From Pseudomonadota bacterium (GTDB lineage Bacteria; Pseudomonadota; Alphaproteobacteria; Rhodobacterales; Rhodobacteraceae), in the NCBI GenBank assembly GCA_038525525.1, contig JBCBHO010000003.1, positions 572,165-636,164 of the forward strand: DNA of 64,000 nucleotides, given 5' to 3'. Numbering within the stretch: position 1 is the stretch's first letter; every line of letters starts with the position of its first letter. This document shows positions 61,339 to 64,000 of this stretch, piece after piece. Under the pieces are notes generated by a model that searched no databases, was not told the origin of the DNA, and was given only the letters and a program-made list of their open reading frames with translations. Both the position numbers and the translations under genes were made by a program.

Positions 61339-61932
61339 GTGTCACAAGCCAAGAATCACGTGCCCCGACGTCGGCGCTATCTCGTGGCCCTGGGCGCAAA
61401 CCTCCCATCTTCTTATGGCGAACCGGAAATTTCGCTGCGCCATGCGGTGAACTTTTTTGCCCAATATGATTGCGATCTCGTGAAATTGAGCAGGTTTTTC
61501 GCGACGCCAGCCTTTCCGGCGGGGAACGGCCCAGACTACGTGAATGCCGCCGCGGAAATAGACGGTCCGGGCGATGCGGCGGATATGCTGGCGCGTCTGC
61601 ATGCGATGGAGGCGGAGTTCGGCAGGGCGCGGGAAGAGCGCTGGGGCCAGCGCGTGCTCGATCTCGATCTGCTGGCCGCGGGTGAGGCGGTCTTGCCCGA
61701 TGCGGAAAGCCATGCCGCCTGGCGCAAGCTGCCGCTGTCGGAGCAGATTGCGCGCACGCCCGACGGGCTCGTTCTCCCCCACCCACGCCTGCAGGACCGC
61801 GCCTTCGTGCTCGTGCCCCTCGCCGAGATCGCGCCCAACTGGCGGCATCCGGTGCTCGGGCGTAGCGTGCGCGAGATGCGCGACGCGTTGCCGGCAGCGG
61901 ATCTCGAGGACGTGACGCCGCTTGGCGACTAG
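61339..61932 (+). CDS. folK: 2-amino-4-hydroxy-6-hydroxymethyldihydropteridine diphosphokinase
   Basis: HPPK motifs (LVALGANL, RWGQRVLDLDLL, LPHPRLQDRAFVLVPL) with a GTG start. Confidence 0.86.
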   Translation: MSQAKNHVPRRRRYLVALGANLPSSYGEPEISLRHAVNFFAQYDCDLVKLSRFFATPAFPAGNGPDYVNAAAEIDGPGDAADMLARLHAMEAEFGRAREERWGQRVLDLDLLAAGEAVLPDAESHAAWRKLPLSEQIARTPDGLVLPHPRLQDRAFVLVPLAEIAPNWRHPVLGRSVREMRDALPAADLEDVTPLGD

Positions 61933-62003
61933 GGTGTTTGCCCTTGCACTTTTTCACTTGACAGCCTATTGCAGCCGCTCACCCCACAGGCATTGGAGCA
62001 CCC

Positions 62004-62357
62004 ATGGCCCGCGTCACCGTTGAAGATTGCGTCGATAAAGTCCCGAACCGCTTCGAGCTCGTCATGCTCGCAGCCCATCGTGCGCGGGAAATCAGCTCCG
62101 GCGCGCCGCTGACGCTGGACCGCGACAACGACAAGAACCCCGTCGTGTCGCTGCGCGAGATCGCCGAGGAGACGCAATCCGCCGAAGAGCTCCGCGAGCG
62201 TCTGATCGAGTCCAACCAGACCCAGATCGAGATCGACGAGCCCGAGGACGACAGCATGTCCCTTCTCATGGGCGCCGAGCAGGACAAGCCTGCCGACGAT
62301 GACCTCAACGATGAGAAGCTCCTGCGCGCGCTTATGGAAGCGCAAGGCCAGAAGTAA
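62004..62357 (+). CDS. rpoZ: RNA polymerase omega subunit
   Basis: [28 protein letters not shown]. Confidence 0.96.
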   Translation: MARVTVEDCVDKVPNRFELVMLAAHRAREISSGAPLTLDRDNDKNPVVSLREIAEETQSAEELRERLIESNQTQIEIDEPEDDSMSLLMGAEQDKPADDDLNDEKLLRALMEAQGQK

Positions 62358-62365
62358 GAGCGCCA

Positions 62366-64000
62366 TGGCGCTGGACCTCGCCGGGCCCGAGGCCCTTCTC
62401 GACCGCGTCCACGCCTACAACCCCCGCGCCGACGGGGCGCTCATCGCGAAGGCCTATGCCTTTGGCAAGGAGATGCACGAGGGGCAGATGCGCCGCTCGG
62501 GCGAGCCCTATTTCACCCATCCCGTGGCGGTGGCCGAGATCCTCGCAGAGCAGAAGCTCGACGACACGACCATCGTCACGGCGCTCCTCCATGACACGGT
62601 CGAAGACACCCGCGCGAGCTATACGCAGGTGGCCGAGCAATTCGGCACCGAGATTGCCGAGCTCGTCGACGGTGTCACCAAGCTGACCCAGCTGCAGCTT
62701 TCCTCCACGGAAACGAAGCAGGCGGAGAATTTCCGCAAGCTCTTCATGGCGACGTCCCGAGATATCCGCGTGGTGCTCGTGAAGCTCGCCGACCGTCTCC
62801 ACAACATGCGCACCATGAAAGCCATGCCGCCCGAGAAGCAGCAGCAGAAGGCGCGGGAGACGATGGATATCTACGCGCCGCTCGCGGGCCGGATGGGCAT
62901 GCAGTCCATGCGCGAGGAGCTCGAGGATCTCTCCTTCATCGTGCTCAATCCCGACGGGCGTCATTCGATCATCCGCCGCTTCATCTCGCTTCAGAAGGAG
63001 ACAGGCGACGTGATGACGAAGATCATCGCCGACATCCGCGCGGAGATGCAGAAGGAGGGGATCGAAGCCGAGGTCGCCGGGCGCGCGAAAAAGCCCTATT
63101 CGATCTGGCGCAAGATGCAGACGAAGCAGCTCAGCTTCTCGCGCCTTTCCGACATCTACGGCTTCCGCGTCATCGTGCGGTCCGAGGCCGATTGCTACCG
63201 CGCGCTGGGTGCCATCCACCAGCGTTGGCGCGCCGTGCCCGGGCGCTTCAAGGATTATATCTCCCAGCCGAAGACCAACGGCTACCGGTCGGTGCACACC
63301 ACCGTCTCCGGTCGCAATGGCCGGAAGGTGGAGGTGCAGATCCGCACGCAGGAGATGCACGAAGTGGCCGAGTCGGGCGTGGCGGCGACGTGGTCCTACC
63401 GGGATGGCGAGCGCGTGGAAAACCGCTTTGCCGTGGACCCCACCCAGTGGATGGAGCGCATCTCCGAGCATTTCGATGTCGACGCCGATGACGAGGATTT
63501 CCTCGAAGCGGTCAAACTGGAGATGTACTCGGACCAGGTCTTCGCCTTCACGCCCAAGGGCGACGTGATCCGCCTCCCCAAGGGCGCCACACCGCTCGAT
63601 TTCGCCTACGCGGTCCACACCCGCATCGGGAACCAGACGGTGTCAGCCAAGGTCGACGGGATCCGTGTCCCGCTCTGGACCCGGCTCAGAAACGGGCAGA
63701 GCGTGGAGATCATCACCGCCGAGGGCCAGCGCCCGCAGGCCACCTGGATCGACATCGCCTCCACCGGCCGCGCCAAATCCGCCATCCGCCGTTCGCTGCG
63801 CGAAGAGGACCGGCAGCGCTTCATCAAGCTCGGCCGCGAACTCACCCGCACGAGCTTCGAGGCCGTGGGCCGTTCGGCGACGCTCAAGGCCCTGCGCACG
63901 GCGGCCAAATCTCTGGGCATCGAAAGTGCCGACGAGATGCTCGCGCGCGTGGGCGCCTCGGAGCTCGCCTCCCGCGAGGTGGTGCAGGCGGTCTATCCCG
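62366..64000 (+). CDS. spoT: bifunctional (p)ppGpp synthetase/hydrolase SpoT/Rel (3' end outside window)
   Basis: Hand translation from the ATG at 62366 gives MALDLAGPEALLDRV...GEPYFTHPVAVAEIL...LLHDTVEDT (HD domain). The frame is open to the window end, and the gene lies downstream of rpoZ as usual. It is absent from the track because no stop codon lies in the window. Confidence 0.93.

Overview
This window is visibly GC-rich DNA that looks alphaproteobacterial, most like a Rhodobacter-type member of the Rhodobacteraceae. GC content was judged by eye. All homology calls come from recalled family motifs and synteny, because no searches could be run.

Positions ~1020-46100 are an almost complete purple-bacterial photosynthesis gene cluster (PGC). 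Its order is bchO-bchD-bchI-crtA | crtI-crtB-tspO | crtC-crtD | crtE-crtF-bchCXYZ-pufQBALMX | a 3-gene non-photosynthetic insert (GFA protein, SbtA-like permease, PII-like protein) | idi-bchP-pucC-like-bchG-ppsR-ppaA | bchFNBHLM-lhaA-puhABC-bciE-like-acsF-puhE-hemA.

The cluster is followed by:
- a pseudoazurin and a secreted hypothetical protein
- a cobalamin operon (cobH-cobL-cobI-cbiG/cobJ-cobM)
- an aminotransferase
- a def-def-def-fmt array
- a small minus-strand operon (lysE-like, DUF3429, methyltransferase, rnhA, NUDIX)
- a CsoR-like repressor with a MauE/DoxX pair
- a NYN-domain protein, folK, rpoZ and the 5' part of spoT/rel

pufB and pufA are real genes; pufA is too short to appear in the ORF track. 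Ten perfect TGT-N12-ACA (PpsR/CrtJ-type) palindromes sit at the expected divergent promoters.

The most unusual signal is a family of ~50-110 bp stem-loop repeat elements built on the core GTCCCGG-(5 nt)-CCGGGAC. They sit exactly at cistron junctions of the two photosynthesis superoperons (bchY|bchZ, pufQ|pufB, bchH|bchL, bchM|lhaA, possibly bchX|bchY). One copy appears to be inserted in-frame inside bchB.

Other points worth a second look:
- a ~75-residue N-terminal extension of BchL
- a pseudoazurin at the cluster border
- an SbtA/PII module embedded in the cluster
- two hairpins that share CACGAATT arms
- a catalytically degenerate third deformylase

I saw no tRNA, rRNA, CRISPR array, transposase or integrase. 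Many long ORFs in the track are antisense or out-of-frame artefacts of high GC.
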